This document shows, in pieces, positions 45,359 to 54,425 of a stretch of 64,000 nucleotides of DNA. Every line of letters starts with the position of its first letter. Within the stretch, counting starts at the first letter, position 1. The notes under the pieces are model-generated. The model was not told the DNA's origin. It saw only the letters and a list, made by a program, of their open reading frames with translations, and made no database searches. The translations under genes were made by a program, and so were the position numbers. The DNA is from an uncultured Alphaproteobacteria bacterium (GTDB taxonomy: Bacteria > Pseudomonadota > Alphaproteobacteria > RF32 > CAG-239): contig CALXTW010000005.1 of NCBI GenBank assembly GCA_944391515.1, forward strand, positions 5,127 through 69,126, read 5' to 3'.

Positions 45359-46120
45359 TTAAAGGTTCTGAGTGATTTCTCGCAGAGAATTGTTAATTTC
45401 AGCCAAATCTAATGGGTGTTGTAGATGATGATTGCTGTTTTTGAGCAATTTTATGGTGACTTGTTGGCTGGCGAGTTTTTGAGCAATCTTGTAGATGATT
45501 TTCCAATCAATAAAAGTATCTTGTAGGCCTTGTATTAGCTGAACGGGGCAAGTGATGGGAATTTCTTTTTGCTCTAAAATGGCACTCTCTATACCGGTTT
45601 TGATGAATTGTTTGGTAAAGGTGAAAACCATACGCTCAATTTTTATGGTGACTTTTTCTTTTGTCTGTAATTCAGAACGTTGCGAGGGGGACATTTGCAT
45701 TTCCATGAGCTCGGTTAAATTGGGTGCGGTTGAAGTACAGATTAGTCCTTTTAGCCTTTGTGGGCGCTCTTGGGCGGCCAATAGTCCAAGCCAACCTCCA
45801 ATACAGTGTCCGACAATGATAAAATTGCCTTTGATTTGTGTATCAATAATGTCCAGAATTTGCGATTTCCAAAGATTAAAGTCTGTTTTTTCATAATTGA
45901 GGCTATCAATGCCATGGCCCAGCAATTCAAATCGATAAAAATTAAGGCCGAGTTCGCGACAGAGTTCTTTTACGGCTTCAGGTTTGCGTCCCCAAGGATT
46001 TGAAGACAGACCGTGAATGTACAAAACCGTTAGTTTTGCTTTTTTAGAAAACTGAATATATTCGTATTGAGTGGTAAAGCCATTCCAAAAATATGTGGGG
46101 TAGTTGTTTGAATTTTGCAT
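45359..46120 (-). CDS. Alpha/beta hydrolase with a Cys in the nucleophile elbow (paralog B)
   Basis: 253 aa and collinear with paralog A: YIHGL, VGHCIGGW, LIQGLQDTFIDW, SNHHLQH. Confidence 0.7.
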   Translation of the reverse strand: MQNSNNYPTYFWNGFTTQYEYIQFSKKAKLTVLYIHGLSSNPWGRKPEAVKELCRELGLNFYRFELLGHGIDSLNYEKTDFNLWKSQILDIIDTQIKGNFIIVGHCIGGWLGLLAAQERPQRLKGLICTSTAPNLTELMEMQMSPSQRSELQTKEKVTIKIERMVFTFTKQFIKTGIESAILEQKEIPITCPVQLIQGLQDTFIDWKIIYKIAQKLASQQVTIKLLKNSNHHLQHPLDLAEINNSLREITQNL

Positions 46121-46260
46121 TTTGTTTTTGTTACCAGATTAATCCTAGTAAAAGACATAACAAATATAATTTAAGAAATAGTTACATAACCTGTTGGTAT
46201 GTTAAAAAGCTCTTGACTATGATGATAAATTGTCATAGTTTCTTGCCTGTGATAGTTACG

Positions 46261-46337
46261 GGCCCATAGCTCAGTTGGTTAGAGCAGGCCGCTCATAACG
46301 GTCTGGTCGTTGGTTCGAGTCCATCTGGGCCCACCAT
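46261..46337 (+). tRNA. tRNA with anticodon CAT (elongator Met or lysidine-modified Ile2; cannot be distinguished by eye), CCA encoded
   Basis: Acceptor gggccca/tgggccc, anticodon stem ggccg/cggtc with loop cTCATAa, and T-arm gttgGTTCGAGTCcatc. Confidence 0.88.
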
Positions 46338-46339
46338 TA

Positions 46340-46368
46340 AAAGCTCTCATTGGTGAGAGCTTTTTTAT
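46340..46368. terminator. Bidirectional terminator after the tRNA and after the convergent 268-aa ORF
   Basis: Stem agctctca/tgagagct with loop ttgg, flanked by A4 and T6. Confidence 0.8.
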
Positions 46369-47171
46369 TTTGAAAGGTGGTTTGCGTGAAGTTTTTGTAT
46401 GTATCTGTTGTAGAATGATAGGGTGTTTTGTATCGCTTGCTTAATTATGTTTTTATAGTTTTTTTCTTGGGTTAGGCGGTATTTGAAATCTCTGTAACCA
46501 TTCTTTTTACACTCTAAAATGTATTTCTTGGATAGTACTTCATCGTGTTTTGCTTTAGGGATATAAGAGCCTTTATTGGAAGAATCTTTTTCAATGTGCT
46601 TTACAATCTCCCATACGGCTTTTCTTGCTTCACTACTGTCATATTCTTTAATGTACTGAGTTTGATTGTTTTTACGATGCCACATGTCCAAAATATTATA
46701 TTCAGCCAAAAGATAGCATGAACTGTCGTTCTTTTCTTTGAATTGCTGAATCTGGTTGAAACAGGTGATTTTGTAGTCCGGAAAAAGTTGTTTGAGAAAA
46801 TCTCGCAACTCTTTTCTCATCTCTATTCCATAAGAATCTTGGTACCATATTGTTTTTGCCTTGCTATCTGTCATAAAGGCAACAGCGTGATAACTTCCCA
46901 TTTCGTTTACGGATGGAAGGGTAAGATTGTAGGCATTAATTGTTGCGTGGAGATTGTTTTTGAGAAGGGTTTGTCCTAGTTTTTCTAGTGCTGCCCCATC
47001 CACAATAGCATGATCGGAGTTTTCCTTTTGACTGAAAATAAGTGCTCTGGATGGGCGAGGGTACGAAAAACCTTCATACATCTTTTTTTGTATAAAATAG
47101 GCATCTAAATTACCCTGGATAAAAGTTTGGGTAACGTCCAGTATCTCTTGTTGTGTATATTTGCTTGACAT
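46365..47171 (-). CDS. Ulp1/SENP-like (clan CE, C48-type) cysteine protease candidate, 268 aa
   Basis: Catalytic order is His, 17 residues, Asp, then Gln/Asn, then Cys: SYHAVAFMTDSKAKTIWYQDSYG...FNQIQQFKEKNDSSCYLLA. The block H-x6-D-x-K-x-KTI-x-Y-x-DS parallels the yeast Ulp1 core as I recall it. Confidence 0.6.
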   Translation of the reverse strand: MSSKYTQQEILDVTQTFIQGNLDAYFIQKKMYEGFSYPRPSRALIFSQKENSDHAIVDGAALEKLGQTLLKNNLHATINAYNLTLPSVNEMGSYHAVAFMTDSKAKTIWYQDSYGIEMRKELRDFLKQLFPDYKITCFNQIQQFKEKNDSSCYLLAEYNILDMWHRKNNQTQYIKEYDSSEARKAVWEIVKHIEKDSSNKGSYIPKAKHDEVLSKKYILECKKNGYRDFKYRLTQEKNYKNIIKQAIQNTLSFYNRYIQKLHANHLSK

Positions 47172-47233
47172 GATTTTCTCCTAATGAAAAATTAGTCATA
47201 TTTTGGAAAATTTGTCAAGTTGTTTATGGGAGA

Positions 47234-47731
47234 TTATTGGTTAAAAGCAAATAAGACTTCAGTGGTGTTGAGCTTTGGGTCGGGGAGAGGGCGCTCATAG
47301 GAGGAGAGTTCAATTCCTCCATTACGAAGGTAGAAGTTTTGCGCCGGCGTGTTTCCTTTTAGCATATAGGCATAAAAAGGCTGATGTTTAATTTGGTGGT
47401 TAAACGCGTCAAACAGAGCTTGCCCAATGTATTGGTGTTGATATTGGGGAAGGACGTAAAAAGCATACAATTCATAAGTAAACGGAAAATCTTTATCTCT
47501 GGCAAGTCCTCCAATCAGATAACCAATAACTTGGTTTTGAATTTCTGCTACCAGCATAATGTGTTGTTGGTTTTGAATTTGTTGCTCAATTTTTTGAATT
47601 CTCTCATCTGTGAGATTGCGATTTTTTAGGAATGAGTGAGGCAACAGCGAAGCATAGGCTTGTTTCCAAGTTGTGATGTTAATTTGGGCGATGCTTGCAG
47701 CATCTTTGATTTGAGCTTGGCGGATTATCAT
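47234..47731 (-). CDS. GNAT-family N-acetyltransferase
   Basis: 165 aa. MIIRQAQIKDAASIAQI... and the acetyl-CoA pocket YVLPQYQHQYIGQALF are typical of GNAT motif A. Confidence 0.85.
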   Translation of the reverse strand: MIIRQAQIKDAASIAQINITTWKQAYASLLPHSFLKNRNLTDERIQKIEQQIQNQQHIMLVAEIQNQVIGYLIGGLARDKDFPFTYELYAFYVLPQYQHQYIGQALFDAFNHQIKHQPFYAYMLKGNTPAQNFYLRNGGIELSSYERPLPDPKLNTTEVLFAFNQ

Positions 47732-47745
47732 GGCTTGTTCTCCTC

Positions 47746-47889
47746 TTAGGGATTCTTCTGAAGTAATTCAAAAGCCCTGTCTGTAAAAATATCTGAAAGT
47801 AACTGATTAATTACAATATCATTTAACCCATAAGATTGCAAAATTGGAGTTAAAGCATTTTTTAATTCATTGGCATTTAAATAGCTCAT
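47746..47889 (-). CDS. Possible small ORF (47 aa) translationally coupled to the GNAT gene
   Basis: Not in the ORF track (under 60 aa). Encodes MSYLNANELKNALTPILQSYGLNDIVINQLLSDIFTDRAFELLQKNP. Its TAA stop lies 14 nt before the GNAT ATG, with GAGGAG in between. Confidence 0.35.
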   Translation of the reverse strand: MSYLNANELKNALTPILQSYGLNDIVINQLLSDIFTDRAFELLQKNP

Positions 47890-47929
47890 AAAATTTCTTC
47901 TAATAAAAAGTTAATAAAATTAATGATTT

Positions 47930-48853
47930 TTATTCATAAGTTTCTATTTCAATATCTCCTCGTTGGTCTAAAAGAATTCTTTGCTTTACAGATTTTACAT
48001 CATAATAAAATGCCCCTTCAGCATTCTTAATATTTTCATCAGCTCCAGCTTTTATAAGTTCATTTACAATTCTATCATTTTCTACACTATAAGCCCAAAA
48101 TAATGCTGTATTTCCATCACTATCTTGAATATTGATATCAGCACCTTTTTGAATCAGATATTTCAAAGGTTCCAATGTTATTTCCTGAGGATTTGCAGCC
48201 GCAAGATGCAAAGGAGAAGTTTCGAAAGTTCCTGCTTTCAAATTAATATCAGCACCGCTTTTAACAAGAAAATCTATAATTTCCATAAAATATGGAATAA
48301 ATTTACGATATGCTAGCTGCATTGCTCCTTTTATAGCTATTCTGATTTCCTCTCTTTCTTCAGAAGTAATTTCTCCGCACGGTTTAGAAACAATTCCTGG
48401 AAAATTACATTCTCCGATTTTATTTTTTATTTTTTCATCAATTGCAATATTTACATCTCGCTCCATATCTGGAATAAGAGATGGCAAAGCAACAGCCCAA
48501 TGCAATGCAGGCATTGATATTCCAATACAAGAAACTTTGTTTATATTTGCCCCTGCTTTTGCTAACAGTTTAATTTTTTCCAATGCATATGTTGGATGTT
48601 TATTAGCATTTCGACTGTATACAGCACTTTTAACCGCAACATTTAAAAGTGTGTTGCACTGATAAACATTATTCACATCATAACCACTTTGAATAAGTTT
48701 TTTAACATCATCAGGAGTTCCGGTTAAAACAATTTCATGAGCTTGTTCATCGCTAATTTGAGAAGAGGTATTTTGTGCCTGCAAAGAAGCGGTGCTTAAC
48801 GTCACAATTACAAAAATTAAAAAGCCTATAGTTTTCTTCATTGTTTTTTCCAT
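47930..48853 (-). CDS. Secreted ankyrin-repeat protein
   Basis: Signal peptide (MKKTIGFLIFVIVTLSTASLQA; the ATG at 48841 may be the true start). ANK repeats, e.g. TSPLHLAAANP...YLIQKGADINIQDSDGNTALFWA...LIKAGADENIKN. Confidence 0.85.
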   Translation of the reverse strand: MEKTMKKTIGFLIFVIVTLSTASLQAQNTSSQISDEQAHEIVLTGTPDDVKKLIQSGYDVNNVYQCNTLLNVAVKSAVYSRNANKHPTYALEKIKLLAKAGANINKVSCIGISMPALHWAVALPSLIPDMERDVNIAIDEKIKNKIGECNFPGIVSKPCGEITSEEREEIRIAIKGAMQLAYRKFIPYFMEIIDFLVKSGADINLKAGTFETSPLHLAAANPQEITLEPLKYLIQKGADINIQDSDGNTALFWAYSVENDRIVNELIKAGADENIKNAEGAFYYDVKSVKQRILLDQRGDIEIETYE

Positions 48854-48909
48854 TCTTTAGTTATGATTATACAAACAAAGCTTTTGTGGAATTAACCACA
48901 AAGGTTTAA

Positions 48910-49215
48910 CTAAAAAATATTAAGAATAAATTGACCCGTTTTGTATCCAATCCATTGAAATAGTGATATATTTCCAACGTTTGATATGAAATATATAGAA
49001 ATTAGAAAATATGAAAATAATAATCTATTAAGATTTTTATTTTTGTATTTTAGTAACTCCCAATACATAAATATATAGAAAGTTGCAGATAGAAATACTC
49101 GCAGGAATCTTAGCGTAAAGTAACTTGTTGATGTCGTTGATGGAATTAAAAGAAACGCTAATATTATTCCTATTATTAGTTCTCCCAAACAAAACATACA
49201 TAATTTTTTTATCAT
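48910..49215 (-). CDS. Small integral membrane protein, 101 aa
   Basis: Three hydrophobic segments in very AT-rich DNA. No family recognised. Confidence 0.5.
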   Translation of the reverse strand: MIKKLCMFCLGELIIGIILAFLLIPSTTSTSYFTLRFLRVFLSATFYIFMYWELLKYKNKNLNRLLFSYFLISIYFISNVGNISLFQWIGYKTGQFILNIF

Positions 49216-49227
49216 AGGTGTGGTTCC

Positions 49228-49581
49228 TTATTGTATCTGATGTTGAGCTAATTTTATGCCAATGAGAAAAAATGGAGAATAACTTCCGCTAACTAATGTA
49301 TAAGAAATTATAGAGATTATGTAAAAAAGCAATAGTCCCAACTTAATGTATCTGATATAATCTGGAAAATGTTTTTTTAGTGTTGAATAGACAGAGATGA
49401 AACAATATACAGTATATATAACACAAACTAAAGTGATGAAATAAGAATATAAGGGGAAGATATTTTTGTAATTTTGCGCAATAAAATACGAACTTTTGAT
49501 TAAAAAGTATCCTAATATTATTTGAATGATAAACAATATTCCAATATACATAAGATATGTTTGTTTTTTTATATTAATCAT
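49228..49581 (-). CDS. Small integral membrane protein, 117 aa
   Basis: Three to four hydrophobic segments. Its upstream region duplicates the upstream region of the ankyrin gene. Confidence 0.5.
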   Translation of the reverse strand: MINIKKQTYLMYIGILFIIQIILGYFLIKSSYFIAQNYKNIFPLYSYFITLVCVIYTVYCFISVYSTLKKHFPDYIRYIKLGLLLFYIISIISYTLVSGSYSPFFLIGIKLAQHQIQ

Positions 49582-49812
49582 ATAAATATTCCTTAAAACC
49601 TTTTCTCTTTTAGTTATGATTGTACAAACAAAGCCTTTGTAGAGTAAAAATTTTATAGTATTTTGTTTGATTTTTTATTAATATTTTTAACCTTAATTCT
49701 CAAAGGTACTTAGTTACATTATATTGGGCGAGGAAAGGGAGATTTTGCTTGTTTTTGAGGCTTGCGGAATTAATTGTTTGAGCGTATATTGTACTCAAAA
49801 CGGAGAAATTTG

Positions 49813-50346
49813 ATGTTGGATAAGTTTTTATTGCTCTCTTGTTGTGCGCCGTGCTCTTGTGCGGTGATTGAAAAATTAGCCAAAGAAAAGGCTTTGGCTG
49901 AAGTGGTTTTTTATAACCCTAATATTCGTCCGTTGGCAGAATATCAAAAAAGATGTGAGGAAAACAAACGCGTTTGCCAAATCTATCAAATTCCGTTTAT
50001 TGAGCTTGAGTACGATAATGAGCGTTGGTGTGCCTTAACACAAGGTTTGGAAAATGAACCAGAACGCGGAAAACGTTGCTCAATCTGCTTTTATATGCGT
50101 CTGAAACGCGTGATGGAATATGCCAAAGAAAAAGGCTATGGTGCCGTGGCTTCGGTTTTGGGGGTTTCACGGTACAAAAATTTAGCTCAAGTTAATCAGG
50201 CCGCGCAAAAAGCCTCAGCAGAAACCGGTGTGCCTTACCTTGAAATTGAGGGGCGAAAAGGCGGTATGCAAGAAAGAAGACAAAATTTAATTAAAGAGCT
50301 CAATCTTTATTCGCAAGACTATTGTGGGTGCAAACCCAGAGCATAA
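49813..50346 (+). CDS. queH: Epoxyqueuosine reductase QueH (DUF208)
   Basis: GGAGA lies 6 nt upstream of the ATG at 49813. LLLSCCAPCS...FYNPNI.P..EY..R...RC..C...R......DYCGC is the QueH Cys pattern. Confidence 0.8.
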   Translation: MLDKFLLLSCCAPCSCAVIEKLAKEKALAEVVFYNPNIRPLAEYQKRCEENKRVCQIYQIPFIELEYDNERWCALTQGLENEPERGKRCSICFYMRLKRVMEYAKEKGYGAVASVLGVSRYKNLAQVNQAAQKASAETGVPYLEIEGRKGGMQERRQNLIKELNLYSQDYCGCKPRA

Positions 50347-50434
50347 ACAGAGTATAAGTTGTGGTTTAGCCTTTTATTTTTGCTAAAATATATTATATTC
50401 CCAGACATCGCTATTTAATGTTGGTGAGGCTAAA

Positions 50435-51232
50435 ATGAGCTTTTTAAAAACTGTATCCAGACTTGTTACTCTTCCTATCCCGTGCAAAAAATATCGTAAA
50501 AAAGCCAGAATTAAATTGGAAGAAGTTTTAGATCTTATGTTTTTGCCCGAGAAATCAAAATGTATTCGAGGGGTTAAAAAAGAGTGTGCTTATAATGCCT
50601 CTTTGCCGAGAGATAAATTTCACATCGTCTCTTTGGGAACGAATTGTTTTCCAAGACTCACTCTTACGTTATGGGAAATGAAACCCAGAAAAGCTGAAGG
50701 TGAGTTAAGCATGCCGTTTGATTTGTCTGTACATCCATTGGATACAATTGTTCAAGTGTTGAAAACAGATTTTAGCGGCTATTTTGATGATATTGTTTAC
50801 GATGATGAACATGGTTATTGGATTAACCCAACCAGAGGAATCAAGTTTATTCATGATCATGAAAAAGAAAAAGATATTTTTGTAACAAGGTTTCAAAATC
50901 GGATTAGCAATTTTCAAGCAGCTTTGAAAGATGATAAGCCTTGTCTTTTTGTTTGCCATATTATGGGGGATGCGGAACCTCAAAAGATAAATGAGCTTTA
51001 TGATTTGTTAGCCCAAAGCTGTAAATATAAAAAGTTTAAACTCGTTGTTGCGGTCTTTAACGGAACCCTCGGAAAATGCAACGAAAATGTAAAAGTCTAT
51101 GTAAAGAATTTTCCTTATAAAGACTACTCCTATATGGATAAAAAAATAAAATTTACAAAAGACGGATACGATTTTGAATATACATTTGTTGCTTGTTGTC
51201 GTGAAGAATTGTTGAAACTCCTGGAGGATTAA
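50435..51232 (+). CDS. Hypothetical protein, possibly DUF1796-like (papain-fold)
   Basis: 265 aa. HIVSLGTNCFPR...SMPFDL... resembles the N-terminal signature of DUF1796 as I recall it; this is a weak call. Confidence 0.45.
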   Translation: MSFLKTVSRLVTLPIPCKKYRKKARIKLEEVLDLMFLPEKSKCIRGVKKECAYNASLPRDKFHIVSLGTNCFPRLTLTLWEMKPRKAEGELSMPFDLSVHPLDTIVQVLKTDFSGYFDDIVYDDEHGYWINPTRGIKFIHDHEKEKDIFVTRFQNRISNFQAALKDDKPCLFVCHIMGDAEPQKINELYDLLAQSCKYKKFKLVVAVFNGTLGKCNENVKVYVKNFPYKDYSYMDKKIKFTKDGYDFEYTFVACCREELLKLLED

Positions 51233-51859
51233 ATGCCCGATTTTGAGCTGGAAAATAAATGTAACGGTGTGGTGTGCGGAATTGATGAGGCGGGGCGCGG
51301 ACCTTGGGCCGGACCGGTAGTGGCCGGTGCAGTAGTGATTAAAGATAAGAATCTGAATCCGGAGCTCTTAATGTATCTCAATGACTCAAAAAAACTTTCA
51401 GCTCAAAGACGAGAAAAACTCTATAACCTTTTGTTTGAAGAAGAAAAATTAGGGAAAGTAAGTATTGGTGTTGGGCAGGCTAGTCGGCAAGAAATTGATG
51501 AAAAAAATATTCTTAATGCGACTTTCTTGGCAATGGAACGTGCTCGAGCAAATCTTAATATCGTTCCCGATTTGGCTTTGGTTGATGGTAATCAAAAACC
51601 AAGGAATTTTAACTGCGCTTCCCAAACCGTGGTTAAAGGCGATGCTAAATCGTATTCTATTGCTGCGGCTTCAATTGTGGCTAAAGTTTATCGTGATTAT
51701 TTGATGCAAGAATTAGCAAAGAAATATCCTTATTATGCATTTGAAAAAAATGCCGGATATGGCACTAAAGCTCATATTGAAGGCTTGAAAAAGTATGGTA
51801 TTACACCAGAGCATCGCTTGTCTTATAAGCCAATTCAAGAAATCCTTGCTCAAAAATAA
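51233..51859 (+). CDS. rnhB: Ribonuclease HII
   Basis: GIDEAGRGPWAGPVVAGAV, ...DSKKLS... and ...LVDGN... are the RNase HII catalytic blocks. Confidence 0.94.
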   Translation: MPDFELENKCNGVVCGIDEAGRGPWAGPVVAGAVVIKDKNLNPELLMYLNDSKKLSAQRREKLYNLLFEEEKLGKVSIGVGQASRQEIDEKNILNATFLAMERARANLNIVPDLALVDGNQKPRNFNCASQTVVKGDAKSYSIAAASIVAKVYRDYLMQELAKKYPYYAFEKNAGYGTKAHIEGLKKYGITPEHRLSYKPIQEILAQK

Positions 51860-52011
51860 TTTTTGCAAAAAAAATATCAGCTTTTCAAAGGTATGGATTC
51901 TTTTGGAGTCTGATGAAAAAGTTTTTTCGTCCTTGTTAATAAATTTATAACTATCTCTCGTCCATACTGTGCTCATTGAGAAACAAACCTTAGAAAAGTG
52001 GTTGAAGCTAA

Positions 52012-53109
<1,098 letters not shown>

Positions 53110-53127
53110 AAGTTCTCTAAAGCAAAA

Positions 53128-53165
53128 GAAAAAGCCTGATTCCCCTAAAACAGGCTTTTTCTTTT
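53128..53165 (+). terminator. Intrinsic terminator of ccrM
   Basis: Stem aagcctg/caggctt with a 12-nt loop, followed by TTTTTCTTTT. Confidence 0.7.
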
Positions 53166-53264
53166 GGGAAAATCTTGAGGAACTTAAAAAAAATCTTGTC
53201 GCAAGGGGAAAATGGGATTATAACTAACTAAATTTAGAAAATTTTAGCAGAAACAGTAAAATAA

Positions 53265-54425
53265 ATGCAAAAATGGTACCGAAAGAACTATAAAAACAAA
53301 ACTAAAGGTCCAGCTAATACGAATCCTCAAGGGCAAAAAATCTTTGCCGCTATTGATTTGGGGACTAATTCTTGTCGTCTGGTGATTGCAACACCTACAC
53401 CGGCGGCTTTTCGCGTGGTGGAAACTTTTTCCAAAATTACACGCTTGGGAGAAGGAATTATTCAAGATAACGAACTCTCACGCGTGGCTATCAAACGAAC
53501 AGTCGCGGCTTTGAAAGTTTGTGCTGGCGTGATTAATGAATATGCTCCAATCTATCGTTCGCGGTTTGTGGCTACGGCTGCTTGCAGAAGAGCTAAAAAT
53601 TGTCCTGAATTCTTAGAGTTGGTTAAACGCGAAACCGGTTTGAATTTGGAAATTATCTCTTCAAAAGAAGAATCTCGTTTGGCGGTTGTGGGGTGTATTC
53701 CTCTCCTTAACAGAAGTATTAAAAGAACGCTAGTGTTTGATATTGGCGGAGGGTCAAGCGAAATCTCTTTGGCGAGAATTACCAATACAGGCAAAACTTT
53801 TATTGAGGGTTTTGTTTCTTTGCCTTATGGCGTGGTAACTATTTCTGAGGCTTTCCCTGAACAGGAGATGACCCAACTCGCATATGACACCATTATTGAG
53901 CGGACCCACAAAATTTTGCAGGAATTTGAAGATAAGTATCATATAAACGAGGCAATCCGTAACCAGGAAATTCAAGTTATCGGAACGTCCGGAACAGTTA
54001 CGGTTTTGGGGGCGGTTCATTTGAACCTTTCTCGCTATAACCGTTCAGCCGTTGATGGAATTTCTATTTCGAGACAAGATATTGACCGGACAATTAGTAA
54101 AATTAAGCGCTTAGGCGATGAGGGACGAAAAAAACATCCTTGTATCGGAGCTCAAAAAGCTGATTTAACCATGGCAGGTTGTGCTATTATTGAAGCTCTT
54201 TGCTCTTTCTGGCCAATTGAAGAAATTACCGTGGCAGATAGAGGTATTCGTGAGGGAATTTTACTTGATATGATGCATTCTCAAGAAGCTCACCCGGCTC
54301 ATTCTTATCATAAAAAGAAACATAGCAGACATCCATTTAATCGTGGTAAAAATTGGAATAATAAAAAGAAAAATGAAGCAAAATCTTTGATGAATCAAAA
54401 CGGGGAAGTTGCTAATGACAGATAA
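53265..54425 (+). CDS. Ppx/GppA-family phosphatase, paralog 1 (basic tails at both ends)
   Basis: ASKHA motifs AAIDLGTNSCRLVIA and FDIGGGSSEISL. The C-terminus is Lys/His-rich. Confidence 0.8.
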   Translation: MQKWYRKNYKNKTKGPANTNPQGQKIFAAIDLGTNSCRLVIATPTPAAFRVVETFSKITRLGEGIIQDNELSRVAIKRTVAALKVCAGVINEYAPIYRSRFVATAACRRAKNCPEFLELVKRETGLNLEIISSKEESRLAVVGCIPLLNRSIKRTLVFDIGGGSSEISLARITNTGKTFIEGFVSLPYGVVTISEAFPEQEMTQLAYDTIIERTHKILQEFEDKYHINEAIRNQEIQVIGTSGTVTVLGAVHLNLSRYNRSAVDGISISRQDIDRTISKIKRLGDEGRKKHPCIGAQKADLTMAGCAIIEALCSFWPIEEITVADRGIREGILLDMMHSQEAHPAHSYHKKKHSRHPFNRGKNWNNKKKNEAKSLMNQNGEVANDR

